Made by a program: the position numbers and the translations under genes. From assembly GCA_046485075.1 (NCBI GenBank), contig JAWOHR010000067.1, positions 11,682 through 75,681 on the forward strand: a DNA stretch of 64,000 nucleotides, written 5' to 3'. The notes under the pieces were generated by a model. That model saw nothing but the letters and a program-made list of their open reading frames with translations, was not told the DNA's origin and did no database searches. The stretch's first letter is position 1. Each line of letters starts with the position of its first letter. Shown in pieces: positions 55,837-64,000 of this stretch. Source of the stretch: Bacteroidales bacterium. Its GTDB lineage: Bacteria; Bacteroidota; Bacteroidia; Bacteroidales; GCA-2748055.

Positions 55837-58800
55837 GTGAAAACAGGGTCTCTTCTCATAGGTCTATCCATTGCAGTTTCGCTTCACGGCCAGCAGGATT
55901 TGCGGTTTCAGCACTTCAATATCAATGATGGCCTGCCTCAGAACAGTGTAACCTGCATCAACAATGACAGGTTCGGGTTTTTATGGATCGGAACCTTCGA
56001 TGGCTTATGCAGGTATGACGGGTACGAATTTAAGACCTACAGGTCGGAACCGGGAAATCCCCGCTCGATTAAAAGCAACAGCATCTACACCATCTACAGG
56101 GATCTTGATGAAACCCTCTGGATCGGGACGCTTGGAGGGGGATTGTGCAGCTATGATCCCGGTATGGACGGATTCAGATATTATGAACTGGGCCTTTCCA
56201 AGAACAATGTCAGGTCGATCCGGCAGGATGCCGACTCGTCGTTATGGATCGGCACCAACAGCGGGCTTGTCAACTTTGACCCGGTTTCGGGAAAGAAAAG
56301 GATCTACTCCTATGAATCGGGGAACCCCTTCACTCCGGGCGACAACGCCATCACCGCCCTGGAAATTGATTCCCTGGGAAATATCTGGATCGGAACCCAG
56401 CGTGGAGGACTCAATATGTTCGAACGGTCCACTGAAAAATTCCTGAAGTTTAACACCATCAAAGCAGGAAACAAGTCACTCTCCCTGGAGGAGGTGACCC
56501 AACTTGAATTTAGTGACCAGAAGAGGTTACTGATCGGTACCAAGAATCTCGGCCTGCTGGAATTCAATACAGTCACCCTGGAGTTTAAAGTGCTGATCGA
56601 TGACAGGAACAAACCCCAGTTCAGGGAAGAGTTGAACTTCACCACGGTGGATGCAATTTTCCCTGAAAATGATTCAATATACTGGGTGGGCATGCTGGGC
56701 GGTGGACTGCTGAAATTCAACATGCACCAGGGAACATTTGTTCCTTCACTCCAGGACGAGGAGATTCCGTTCAGTCTCTCCCGAAATGCAGTCAGCTCCA
56801 TTTTTGTCGATCAGCCGGGCAATCTGTGGGTGGGGACCATCGACGGGGGATTGAATTTCAGTAACCACCATCGAAAGGATTACAGCTTCTTCATTCACCA
56901 ACCCAATGATCCGGGATCGTTGAGCAGGAGTTCGGTGCTCTCTGTTCTGGAAGACAGCAAACAAAACATCTGGGTGGGTACCGATGAAGGCGGCCTTAAT
57001 GTCAAGGCCCCATGGTCAAACGGCTTCAGAAGATTACCAAGCGGGAGCGATGACCGGAATTCTACCATCCACCATGTGATCACCAGCCTTTGTGAGGACC
57101 ATCATGGGAATATCCTGATCGGGACCCCAAGCAACGGCCTCAGTGTGTACCATCCGGCCTCCGATCAGTTCACCCACTACACAACGGGGAACTCCGGACT
57201 GAAAAACAACTGGATTTTCACAATCACAGAAGATACCCGGGGTAAACTCTGGCTTGGAACCAACGGGGGGGGCCTTATTCAGTTTGATATGGAATCGGGG
57301 AGCTCGGAGCAGTACCTGTTCAATATTGATGAAATCACCTCCATCAGCAACGATTATGTAACCTGTGTCCTGGAGAGCGGGGATTCCGGATTGTGGGTGG
57401 GAACCTGGGACGGTCTAAACAGGTTTGACAGGGAAAGGAAGATATTCAGAAGATATTTTTATGGAGCCGGAAATCCCTTCAGTCTCCCGAATAACGGGAT
57501 CACCTGCCTGTTTATTGATTCCAGGAAAAATTTCTGGGTGGGTACCTATTCAGGACTTGGTCTTTACAGCCCGGAGAAGGACGGTTTTATCACATTTACC
57601 GAAAGGGAGGGACTTCCCAACAATGTGGTGGCAGCCATAGAGGAAGATAACCAGGGATACCTGTGGATCAGCACATTTAAGGGTCTCTCGAAACTTGATA
57701 TAACAGACACCAGCTTCACCAACTTCAACCTGGGTGAGGGGGTTTACGGAAACCAGTTCACCATACGATCAAGCACAAAGACAACCGGAGGCGAGCTCTA
57801 TTTTGGCAACATAAACGGGCTTTACAGGATTCAACCCGATCGATTGCAGGTGGACTCATCGGTGGCCAGGGTTATCCTTACCGACTTCAAACTATTCAAT
57901 AAATCGGTGGTGATCGACAGCATCTCCCCGCTGACCTCCAGCATCATGCAAACGGAAGTTTTGGAACTCAGGCACTTTCAGCACTCCTTTTCCATTGACT
58001 TTGTATCGATCAATTTCAATGTCTCCAGTCAGTGTAATTATCGTTATATCCTGGAAGGATTTGATCCGGATTGGGTCAATGATCCGCCGAACCGGACTGC
58101 AGTTTACACCAATGTACCGCCCGGGGAATATATTTTCAGGGTAATGGCTTCCAATAGTGACGGGATATGGTCAGATCAATCCACCAATCTTTCAATCAGG
58201 ATCATCCCCGCCTTCTACCAGAGGGTGGGTTTCAGAATCCTCCTGCTTCTGTTTCTCGTCCTGGTTTCAGCCAGTATACCTCTGATCAGGTACAGATCGA
58301 TCAAACGGCAAAGGAACCACCTGGAAAAGGTGGTCCGTGAGAGAACAAAAGAAATTGTCAAACAAAAAGAGGAGATTGAGATCCAGGCCAACTCCATTAA
58401 GAGGGCCCACCAGGATATCATACATAAAAACATTGAGCTCTCCTTTCAGAAAGATGAGATTGAAAGCCAGTCGAAACATATCGAGGAGATGAACCGCCTG
58501 CTGCAGATGAAGGCAGATAACCTGGTTTTACACCTCCACGAGATTTCCGAAAAACGGGTCATGCAGAAGAATGTAAGCTTCGAGGAGTTCAGGGAGATCT
58601 ATCCCGACGATGCTGCATGTTATGAATTCCTGCGGGAACTCAGAAGCGCCCGGCCATTCGAATGCCACAAGTGTCATTCCACCGAATTCTATCCTTCTGA
58701 GGAACACCTTTTCAGGCGTTGCAAATCCTGCGGTTACAGGGAACCCCTCACCTATAACACCATCTTCTACAGGATCAAATTCCCCATTTTGAAGGCGTTC

Positions 58801-59004
58801 TATATCCTTTACCTTGTGAGCACGGGGCGTGAACTTACCATCGATGATCTATCCGGAGTGGTCAACCTCAGGCGCGAAACATGCTGGTCGTTCCGGAACA
58901 GGGTGATGGAAGTGATGAACACCCGCAAAAGATTCCGTAACCCGAAAGAGGGGTGGAAAGAACTCATCATGATTCCGAAACAGATGAGAACAGGAAAGGA
59001 ATAG
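55837..59004 (+). CDS. Transmembrane HTCS-like glycan sensor (Reg_prop beta-propellers + Y_Y_Y) fused to an IS1595-type transposase zinc-ribbon/HTH domain, with no kinase, receiver or AraC domain
   Basis: The ORF track gives 55705..59004. An in-frame GTG at 55837 yields a signal peptide (KTGSLLIGLSIAVSLHGQQ). An ATG at 55705 would overlap the GH2-like gene by 92 nt. The protein has many W(I/V)GT..GL propeller repeats, a Y_Y_Y motif (YRYILEGFDPDW..YTNVPPGEYIFRV), one TM helix (about 58224-58290) and a charged coiled coil. Region 58561-59001 carries CHKCHS...CKSCGY followed by TIFYRIKFPILKAFYILYLV and a putative HTH. Confidence 0.8.
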   Translation: MKTGSLLIGLSIAVSLHGQQDLRFQHFNINDGLPQNSVTCINNDRFGFLWIGTFDGLCRYDGYEFKTYRSEPGNPRSIKSNSIYTIYRDLDETLWIGTLGGGLCSYDPGMDGFRYYELGLSKNNVRSIRQDADSSLWIGTNSGLVNFDPVSGKKRIYSYESGNPFTPGDNAITALEIDSLGNIWIGTQRGGLNMFERSTEKFLKFNTIKAGNKSLSLEEVTQLEFSDQKRLLIGTKNLGLLEFNTVTLEFKVLIDDRNKPQFREELNFTTVDAIFPENDSIYWVGMLGGGLLKFNMHQGTFVPSLQDEEIPFSLSRNAVSSIFVDQPGNLWVGTIDGGLNFSNHHRKDYSFFIHQPNDPGSLSRSSVLSVLEDSKQNIWVGTDEGGLNVKAPWSNGFRRLPSGSDDRNSTIHHVITSLCEDHHGNILIGTPSNGLSVYHPASDQFTHYTTGNSGLKNNWIFTITEDTRGKLWLGTNGGGLIQFDMESGSSEQYLFNIDEITSISNDYVTCVLESGDSGLWVGTWDGLNRFDRERKIFRRYFYGAGNPFSLPNNGITCLFIDSRKNFWVGTYSGLGLYSPEKDGFITFTEREGLPNNVVAAIEEDNQGYLWISTFKGLSKLDITDTSFTNFNLGEGVYGNQFTIRSSTKTTGGELYFGNINGLYRIQPDRLQVDSSVARVILTDFKLFNKSVVIDSISPLTSSIMQTEVLELRHFQHSFSIDFVSINFNVSSQCNYRYILEGFDPDWVNDPPNRTAVYTNVPPGEYIFRVMASNSDGIWSDQSTNLSIRIIPAFYQRVGFRILLLLFLVLVSASIPLIRYRSIKRQRNHLEKVVRERTKEIVKQKEEIEIQANSIKRAHQDIIHKNIELSFQKDEIESQSKHIEEMNRLLQMKADNLVLHLHEISEKRVMQKNVSFEEFREIYPDDAACYEFLRELRSARPFECHKCHSTEFYPSEEHLFRRCKSCGYREPLTYNTIFYRIKFPILKAFYILYLVSTGRELTIDDLSGVVNLRRETCWSFRNRVMEVMNTRKRFRNPKEGWKELIMIPKQMRTGKE

Positions 59005-59037
59005 TATGATTAAATTGCAGAAACAAAACCCAAAAAC

Positions 59038-61140
59038 ATGAGGCCCATGAACCCCCGCACCAGTGTTACACTGACCTTAGTTACCCTTACCTTAGCTACC
59101 CTGATTCTTACCTTCAGCGTAAATGCACAAAACCCTTTATCAGCCGTCGATCTCCTGGCGCTAAAGAGTGCAGGTAACCTTCAGATAAGTCCCGACGGTA
59201 CCGAAATCCTCTACTCTGTCTCCACCCCCAGGGGAGCCAACGAAGCTCCCGGAGGCTCATACACCGCATTCTTCAGGATGAACCTTGCAAACGGTGTCAT
59301 CGCTCCCCTGTTTGCCGATGGCATCAGGGGCAGCTCTCCCCGCTACAGTCCGGACGGAGAACGTATTGGTTTTCTTTACGCCACCGCAGGAGAAGCCGAC
59401 CAGGTGTGGTTTATGGAATCAGCCGGGGGAGAGATATCAAAGCTTACCGATGCTCCGGGAGGGGTATCCGACTTTCTCTGGCAACCGGGTAAAAACGGCA
59501 TTGCTTACCTGTCAGAAACCCCTTCCACTGAGAGGGAAAAGGAGTTGAAGGAGCGGGGTTACGGATTCATCTTCTACGAGGAAAACCTGAAAAACAGTAA
59601 CCTCTTCCTGGCGGAGTACGACGAACAGTGGAACCCGGTGGGAGAGAAGCAGCTGACAGAGGGTGTCCAGACCTGGGATTTTACCTTCAACTCCCAGGGA
59701 ACCCGGATTGCAGCCAGCATCTCGCCAAAAAACCTCATCGACCAGAGGTACATGTTCAGGCGCATCTTCCTGATTGATCCGGCCACTGGTGACCGGAAAC
59801 AGGTTTCCCAAAATGAGGGCAAACTGGGGAACTATGCGTTTAGTCCGGGTGGAACCCACCTGGCCTACGCAGCTGCCCTTAACCTGAATGATCATTCTGT
59901 CAGCCAGGCATTTGTGGCAGATCTGAACAGCGGGGACCTGTCCAATCTCACCCCCGGGAGTTTCAGAGGTACCATCAGCTGGGTAGATTGGCAGGATGAT
60001 AACCAGGTGCTCTATTACTCAGAAGAAGGGGTCTACCCCAAACTGTGCACCGTACCCCTGAAAGGGGGTAAAAGGAAGGTTCTCCTCGATGCATCGGATG
60101 GGGGGATCGTATTTGATATACCCCAGATTGATGATGACTTCAAACGGTTTGTATTCACAGGGTCGACTCCAACCGATAAGATCAACCTCTACTTATGGGA
60201 AGGAAAGGGAAATTTACACAAACTCACCGACCTCAATCCGGTCCTGGCGGAAAAATCACTAGGAGAGCAGGAGGTGATCCGCTTCAGCGCCAGGGATGGA
60301 ATGGAGATTGAGGGCCTGCTGATTCACCCCGTGGGGTACCAGGAAGGGAAAAAATACCCCCTGGTCGTCTATGTTCACGGGGGACCCGAATCACACCACT
60401 CCAACAGCTGGTTAAGCAGTTACTCAACCCCCGGGCAGGTCATGGCTGGGAAGGGCTACCTGGTTCTCTATCTGAACTACAGGGCCAGTACCGGGTATGG
60501 GGTGGACTTTGCCATGGAGGGTTTCGGGGATCCGGCGGGAAAAGAGTTTGACGACATTGCGGATGGGATCGACTGGGCAGTTGAAGCCAGAGGTGCAGAC
60601 CGGGAACGGGTGGGACTGGCAGGCGGATCGTATGGGGGTTATGCTTCGGCCTGGTTTGCCACCTATTACACCCGGTATGTGAAAGCGGTTTGCATGTTTG
60701 TGGGGATCAGCAACAACATCAGCAAGCGGGGAACCACCGACATCGCCTATGAAGAGCTTTATGTCCATTCCGGGAAACCGCTGGAGGAGATGTGGCAACT
60801 CGACCTGGAGAGAAGTCCCATTTACTGGGCACGCCAGAGCAAAACCGCCACGCTGATCTACGGTGGTGCAGCCGATACCAGGGTCCATCCCTCCCAGAGC
60901 TATGAACTCTACCGGGGCATGAAGATGAACGACCATCCTGCCGTGCGGCTGGTACAATATCCAGGAGAAGGACACGGAAACCGGAAGCAGGTGGGTCAGA
61001 TCGATGTACTTTACCGCCAGATGGCCTGGCTCGACTGGTACGTTCGTGACCTCAAACCCCTGGAGGGCCCCATGCCCCCGCTGGATATCAGCGAACTATA
61101 CGGACTCGACTGGAAATATGATGGAAACCCCGGATATTAA
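59038..61140 (+). CDS. S9 family serine peptidase (prolyl oligopeptidase / acylaminoacyl-peptidase-like)
   Basis: 700-aa ORF with a signal peptide and an N-terminal beta-propeller-like region. The C-terminal alpha/beta hydrolase domain has the GGSYGGY nucleophile motif and downstream Asp (GAADTRV) and His (GEGHG). Confidence 0.85.
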   Translation: MRPMNPRTSVTLTLVTLTLATLILTFSVNAQNPLSAVDLLALKSAGNLQISPDGTEILYSVSTPRGANEAPGGSYTAFFRMNLANGVIAPLFADGIRGSSPRYSPDGERIGFLYATAGEADQVWFMESAGGEISKLTDAPGGVSDFLWQPGKNGIAYLSETPSTEREKELKERGYGFIFYEENLKNSNLFLAEYDEQWNPVGEKQLTEGVQTWDFTFNSQGTRIAASISPKNLIDQRYMFRRIFLIDPATGDRKQVSQNEGKLGNYAFSPGGTHLAYAAALNLNDHSVSQAFVADLNSGDLSNLTPGSFRGTISWVDWQDDNQVLYYSEEGVYPKLCTVPLKGGKRKVLLDASDGGIVFDIPQIDDDFKRFVFTGSTPTDKINLYLWEGKGNLHKLTDLNPVLAEKSLGEQEVIRFSARDGMEIEGLLIHPVGYQEGKKYPLVVYVHGGPESHHSNSWLSSYSTPGQVMAGKGYLVLYLNYRASTGYGVDFAMEGFGDPAGKEFDDIADGIDWAVEARGADRERVGLAGGSYGGYASAWFATYYTRYVKAVCMFVGISNNISKRGTTDIAYEELYVHSGKPLEEMWQLDLERSPIYWARQSKTATLIYGGAADTRVHPSQSYELYRGMKMNDHPAVRLVQYPGEGHGNRKQVGQIDVLYRQMAWLDWYVRDLKPLEGPMPPLDISELYGLDWKYDGNPGY

Positions 61141-61150
61141 AAAAAATAAT

Positions 61151-62158
61151 ATGAAAAAAACATTGCAACTCATTGCGCTGGGCCTTACCGGCCTGTTATC
61201 TTTCGCATGCATGGCATCTGCCGATTCATCCATGGAGTGGATCTCCGTTTCAGGAAACAGTTTTGTAAATGAATCGGGAGAAACCGTAATATTTAAGGGT
61301 GTTAATATCAGGGATCCACATAACCTGGCAGAGGATGGGCATTGGACCAAAGCCCATTTCCAGGAGGCACAGAACTGGGGTGCCAATGTGATCCGGCTCC
61401 CCATCCATCCGAGTGCATGGAGGGAACGTGGTGAAGATGCCTATCTTGAACTGGTCGACCAGGCAGTGACCTGGGCACATGAGCTTGGACTGTACCTGAT
61501 TCTGGACTGGCACTCCATCGGAAACCTGAAGGATGAGAAATACCAGCATCAAATGTATGTTACAACCCTGGAGGAGACAGAAGCATTCTGGAACACTGTT
61601 TCTGCCCGCTATGCCGATGAACCGGTCATCGTCATGTACGAACTGTTCAATGAGCCCACCGTGTCGGGTGAGCAGTTTGGATCGTGCAGCTGGGAGGAGT
61701 GGAAATCCATCAATGAATCACTGATTAAAACAGTGCGTGCCAACCATCCCAGGTCGGTCATCGGGGTTGCCGGGTTTAACTGGGCCTATGACCTGACCCC
61801 GGTAAAAGAGCATCCCATTGATGCAGAAGGCATTGCATACATAAGCCATCCATACCCCATGAAACGCGAGGTACCCTGGGAGCCCCAATGGGAGGCCGAC
61901 TGGGGTTATGTGGCTGAAACTTACCCGGTTTTCCTGACAGAAATTGGCTTTGCACTGGCCGGGGAAAAAGGGGTTCACATCCCTGTATTCGGCGATGAAG
62001 TTTATGGGAAGGCCCTGGATGCATTTACGAAGGAGAGGGGAATCTCCTGGGTGGTCTGGTGCTTTGACCCAGACTGGTCGCCCTTTATGTTTAGCGACTG
62101 GAACTATACACCCACTCGCCAGGGCGCTTTCTATAAAAAGGTCATGAGTGGAGAATAG
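61151..62158 (+). CDS. GH5 family endoglucanase/cellulase-like enzyme (exported)
   Basis: The ORF track starts at 61004, inside the upstream gene. The Met at 61151 gives the signal peptide MKKTLQLIALGLTGLLSFAC. It has a GH5 acid/base motif (YELFNEPT) and a nucleophile motif (VFLTEIG). Confidence 0.85.
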   Translation: MKKTLQLIALGLTGLLSFACMASADSSMEWISVSGNSFVNESGETVIFKGVNIRDPHNLAEDGHWTKAHFQEAQNWGANVIRLPIHPSAWRERGEDAYLELVDQAVTWAHELGLYLILDWHSIGNLKDEKYQHQMYVTTLEETEAFWNTVSARYADEPVIVMYELFNEPTVSGEQFGSCSWEEWKSINESLIKTVRANHPRSVIGVAGFNWAYDLTPVKEHPIDAEGIAYISHPYPMKREVPWEPQWEADWGYVAETYPVFLTEIGFALAGEKGVHIPVFGDEVYGKALDAFTKERGISWVVWCFDPDWSPFMFSDWNYTPTRQGAFYKKVMSGE

Positions 62159-63028
62159 CTAGATTTGTGACCGGAGTCTGTCCAGTCCCTTCAGGTTCCG
62201 TTCCAGCACCACCCGTATGTCCTCCCCCTCGGTATGACCAATGATGCCGATGGACCCTTTATATCCCGAGGCGGCAATGATCTTCAGCATCTCCAGTTCA
62301 CGGTCGCCCTCCCCCAGGTTAATGATCTGTGGGCCTTCCACCTTCATTCCATTGATGTTAATGGCAGAGAGATAGGGCATCATCAGATCCATCAGTCCGG
62401 TGAATCGCTCCACCTGCTGGTGCCCGTGATGAAAATTGTAAACGATCCTCACCTGATCATTTTCCATAACCCGGATGATTCTGACCTGGTTTTCAGGTTC
62501 GCCGAACCAGTCACCATGGTTATAAAGCGCTATGGTACATCCGATCTCCTCTGCAACCTCCACCACTGACGAGAGGATCGTCACCGCTTTATAAAGTGCC
62601 TGATCATCTGACAATCCATGGAATACCTCCTCCGGGAAACTCACCCATAACTCGGTGTGTGTCCCGGTCTCTTCCAGGGTTTCCAGGATGGCTCTGCCTG
62701 CATCACCCAGAATGTCGTCACCCCTGGGATCCAGCCAGAGCCAGACCGCCCTCAAATCAATCTGGTGCTCATTCAATACCTCAATCTCTCTTTTGAAAGA
62801 GGGAATATGTTTGTCCCTGTAATCGTAAGCCAGTTGCGAAATCCCCAGTTCATCGAGCATTTCTGCACGCTCTTCAGGAGTACGTTCAACAGAATCGAAG
62901 GGAACGATGCACCAGGCCACCAGGTTCTCTTTGGCAAAAAGATCGTCGCTGCCTTTTTGTTTTTGATGATTACATCCGGACATACTGATCATGATCGTAA
63001 GAGCAATCAATATTCTATAAAGTTTCAT
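62159..63028 (-). CDS. Exported xylose-isomerase-like TIM-barrel protein (sugar phosphate isomerase/epimerase family)
   Basis: 289-aa ORF with a lipoprotein signal (MISMSGC). The sequence is AP-endonuclease-2/xylose-isomerase-like TIM barrel (LYNHGDWFGEP, GSIGIIGHTEGED). Confidence 0.7.
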   Translation of the reverse strand: MKLYRILIALTIMISMSGCNHQKQKGSDDLFAKENLVAWCIVPFDSVERTPEERAEMLDELGISQLAYDYRDKHIPSFKREIEVLNEHQIDLRAVWLWLDPRGDDILGDAGRAILETLEETGTHTELWVSFPEEVFHGLSDDQALYKAVTILSSVVEVAEEIGCTIALYNHGDWFGEPENQVRIIRVMENDQVRIVYNFHHGHQQVERFTGLMDLMMPYLSAININGMKVEGPQIINLGEGDRELEMLKIIAASGYKGSIGIIGHTEGEDIRVVLERNLKGLDRLRSQI

Positions 63029-63040
63029 AACCCTTGATTT

Positions 63041-63997
63041 TTAATCGTCTGCAAAAAATCTGCCCAGCTCCGCGACAATGGTTTTCTTCACCTCAAGGGG
63101 ATCAATGATCCCATCATGGGTATAAATAACCTCTCCCCCCGGCCTTACCAGCATTGTGAAAGGCAGGTTACCCTGCCATTTCGGATCAAATGATTCAATA
63201 AAAGCGTCCCTGTCTGCCGAGGTATTGAGGAAATTTGCAAATGCAGCCTGGTTCTCCTTAAGGAATTTAAGAACATTCTCCTCTTTCTCAGGACGGTCCA
63301 TACTGATGGAGATCACCTCGAAACCCCTGTTTCCATACATGCGCTGCATATCGACAAATTCAGGAAACTCAATAATACAAGGCCCGCACCAGGTTGCCCA
63401 GACATTAACCAGCCTAAGTTTCTCACCCCTGTTCTCCAGCAACTCCTTCACACCCTCCAGATCGATCCCGGTCAACTCAACTGGTTTTCCGGCCCATCTT
63501 TCGTCAAGGGTCTCTCTCCACTCCATTTTGGATTTCCATTTCATGGAGCAACCGAATGCTTTGGTGGTCTCCACGGGCACAGGTTTACCTGCCAGCAAGG
63601 CATTTATGGCGTTCCGGGCATCCAGGTGCTCCGGCACCTGGTAAGGGTCCTCCATTTCATCGATGCGGCCGGAATAGCGAAGGTTTCTTTCACGGTCAAA
63701 AATAAAAACATGCGGGGTTGCTTTGGCACCGTAAGCAATAGCCACCTCCTGGGTTTCCCCGTCATACAGGTAGGGGAAATTATAGCCTTTATCCCTGGCC
63801 CGGATCTTCATCTCTTCAAAAGTATCTCCCAGGTCGGAGTAACCCAGCTCCTCCAGGCATACTGCTTCGGGGTGGTTGGAGGAGATGGCCACCATCCTCA
63901 TCTGCTCCGGTTTATAATCGGCGCACATCTGTTTCATCCTCTCCTCATAAGCCTGGGCAGTGGGACAATGGTTGGCAGAAAAGACAATGGTCAGCAC
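63041..63997 (-). CDS. Two-domain thioredoxin-fold (redoxin/TlpA-like) protein, N-terminally truncated by the window edge
   Basis: The frame is open to the window end. The second domain has the canonical WCGPC motif (NVWATWCGPCIIEFPEF). The first domain is AhpC/TSA-like with HCPT. Confidence 0.75.
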   Translation of the reverse strand: MLTIVFSANHCPTAQAYEERMKQMCADYKPEQMRMVAISSNHPEAVCLEELGYSDLGDTFEEMKIRARDKGYNFPYLYDGETQEVAIAYGAKATPHVFIFDRERNLRYSGRIDEMEDPYQVPEHLDARNAINALLAGKPVPVETTKAFGCSMKWKSKMEWRETLDERWAGKPVELTGIDLEGVKELLENRGEKLRLVNVWATWCGPCIIEFPEFVDMQRMYGNRGFEVISISMDRPEKEENVLKFLKENQAAFANFLNTSADRDAFIESFDPKWQGNLPFTMLVRPGGEVIYTHDGIIDPLEVKKTIVAELGRFFADD

Positions 63998-64000
63998 TTC

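Noticed and set aside
58561-59004. Possible IS1595-family insertion sequence or transposase gene fragment
   Set aside because: Only the N-terminal Zn-ribbon/HTH-like part is present. It is in frame with the sensor, TM helix and coiled coil. There is no DDE domain, no terminal inverted repeats and no target-site duplication that I can see, and the next gene starts 34 nt later. I treat it as a fused domain rather than a mobile element. The finding lists a truncating IS insertion as an alternative to exclude.
1-64000. Search for CRISPR arrays, tRNA/rRNA genes, prophage or integrase genes, toxin-antitoxin or other defence systems
   Set aside because: No spaced direct repeats, cloverleaf-like or rRNA-like segments were seen. 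No integrase, recombinase, nuclease or ATPase defence-type ORFs were found either. Intergenic space is too limited, with the largest gaps at 343, 261 and 228 bp, all discussed above.

Overview
This is a dense, about 95% coding chromosomal segment that looks like Bacteroidota. The evidence is a SusC/SusD pair, T9SS C-terminal sorting domains, many lipoprotein signal peptides and TTTG/TAnnTTTG-type promoter boxes. I found no rRNA, tRNA, CRISPR array, prophage, intact IS element or recognisable defence system. All calls rest on motifs read by eye, because no similarity search was possible.

Gene content from left to right:
- A VTC/DUF4956 cluster.
- A ferredoxin-like gene followed by nrfH-nrfA (cytochrome c nitrite reductase), preceded by a CRP/FNR-type palindrome.
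- An MscS-family channel.
- An arabinofuranosidase pair (GH127 and GH51).
- An M14 peptidase and an aldehyde dehydrogenase.
- A symporter / 2-epimerase / GH130 phosphorylase / GH115 operon, convergent with a GH94 cellobiose-phosphorylase-like gene.
- Housekeeping genes: deaminase, TAT-exported Gfo/Idh/MocA oxidoreductase, PKD/T9SS protein, asnA and a GntP permease.
- A large polysaccharide utilisation locus (about 33.1-62.2 kb). It holds two T9SS-secreted CBM9-like/Fn3 proteins, SusC/SusD, GH78-like, GH42, an SSF symporter, a divergent GH94-like phosphorylase, GH43, GH2-like, S9 peptidase and GH5.

The most unusual item is the locus-associated sensor at 55837-59004. It has the periplasmic beta-propeller/Y_Y_Y sensor of a hybrid two-component system. 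Its cytoplasmic part has no kinase, receiver or AraC domain. Instead it has a coiled coil fused to an IS1595-type transposase zinc-ribbon/HTH module without a DDE domain. This suggests a phosphorelay-free, one-component transmembrane regulator built from a domesticated transposase DNA-binding domain.

Other points worth a second look are a roughly 180-nt nested hairpin element between convergent genes, palindromic operator candidates, and an uncommon mix of exported hydrolases with a cytoplasmic phosphorylase.
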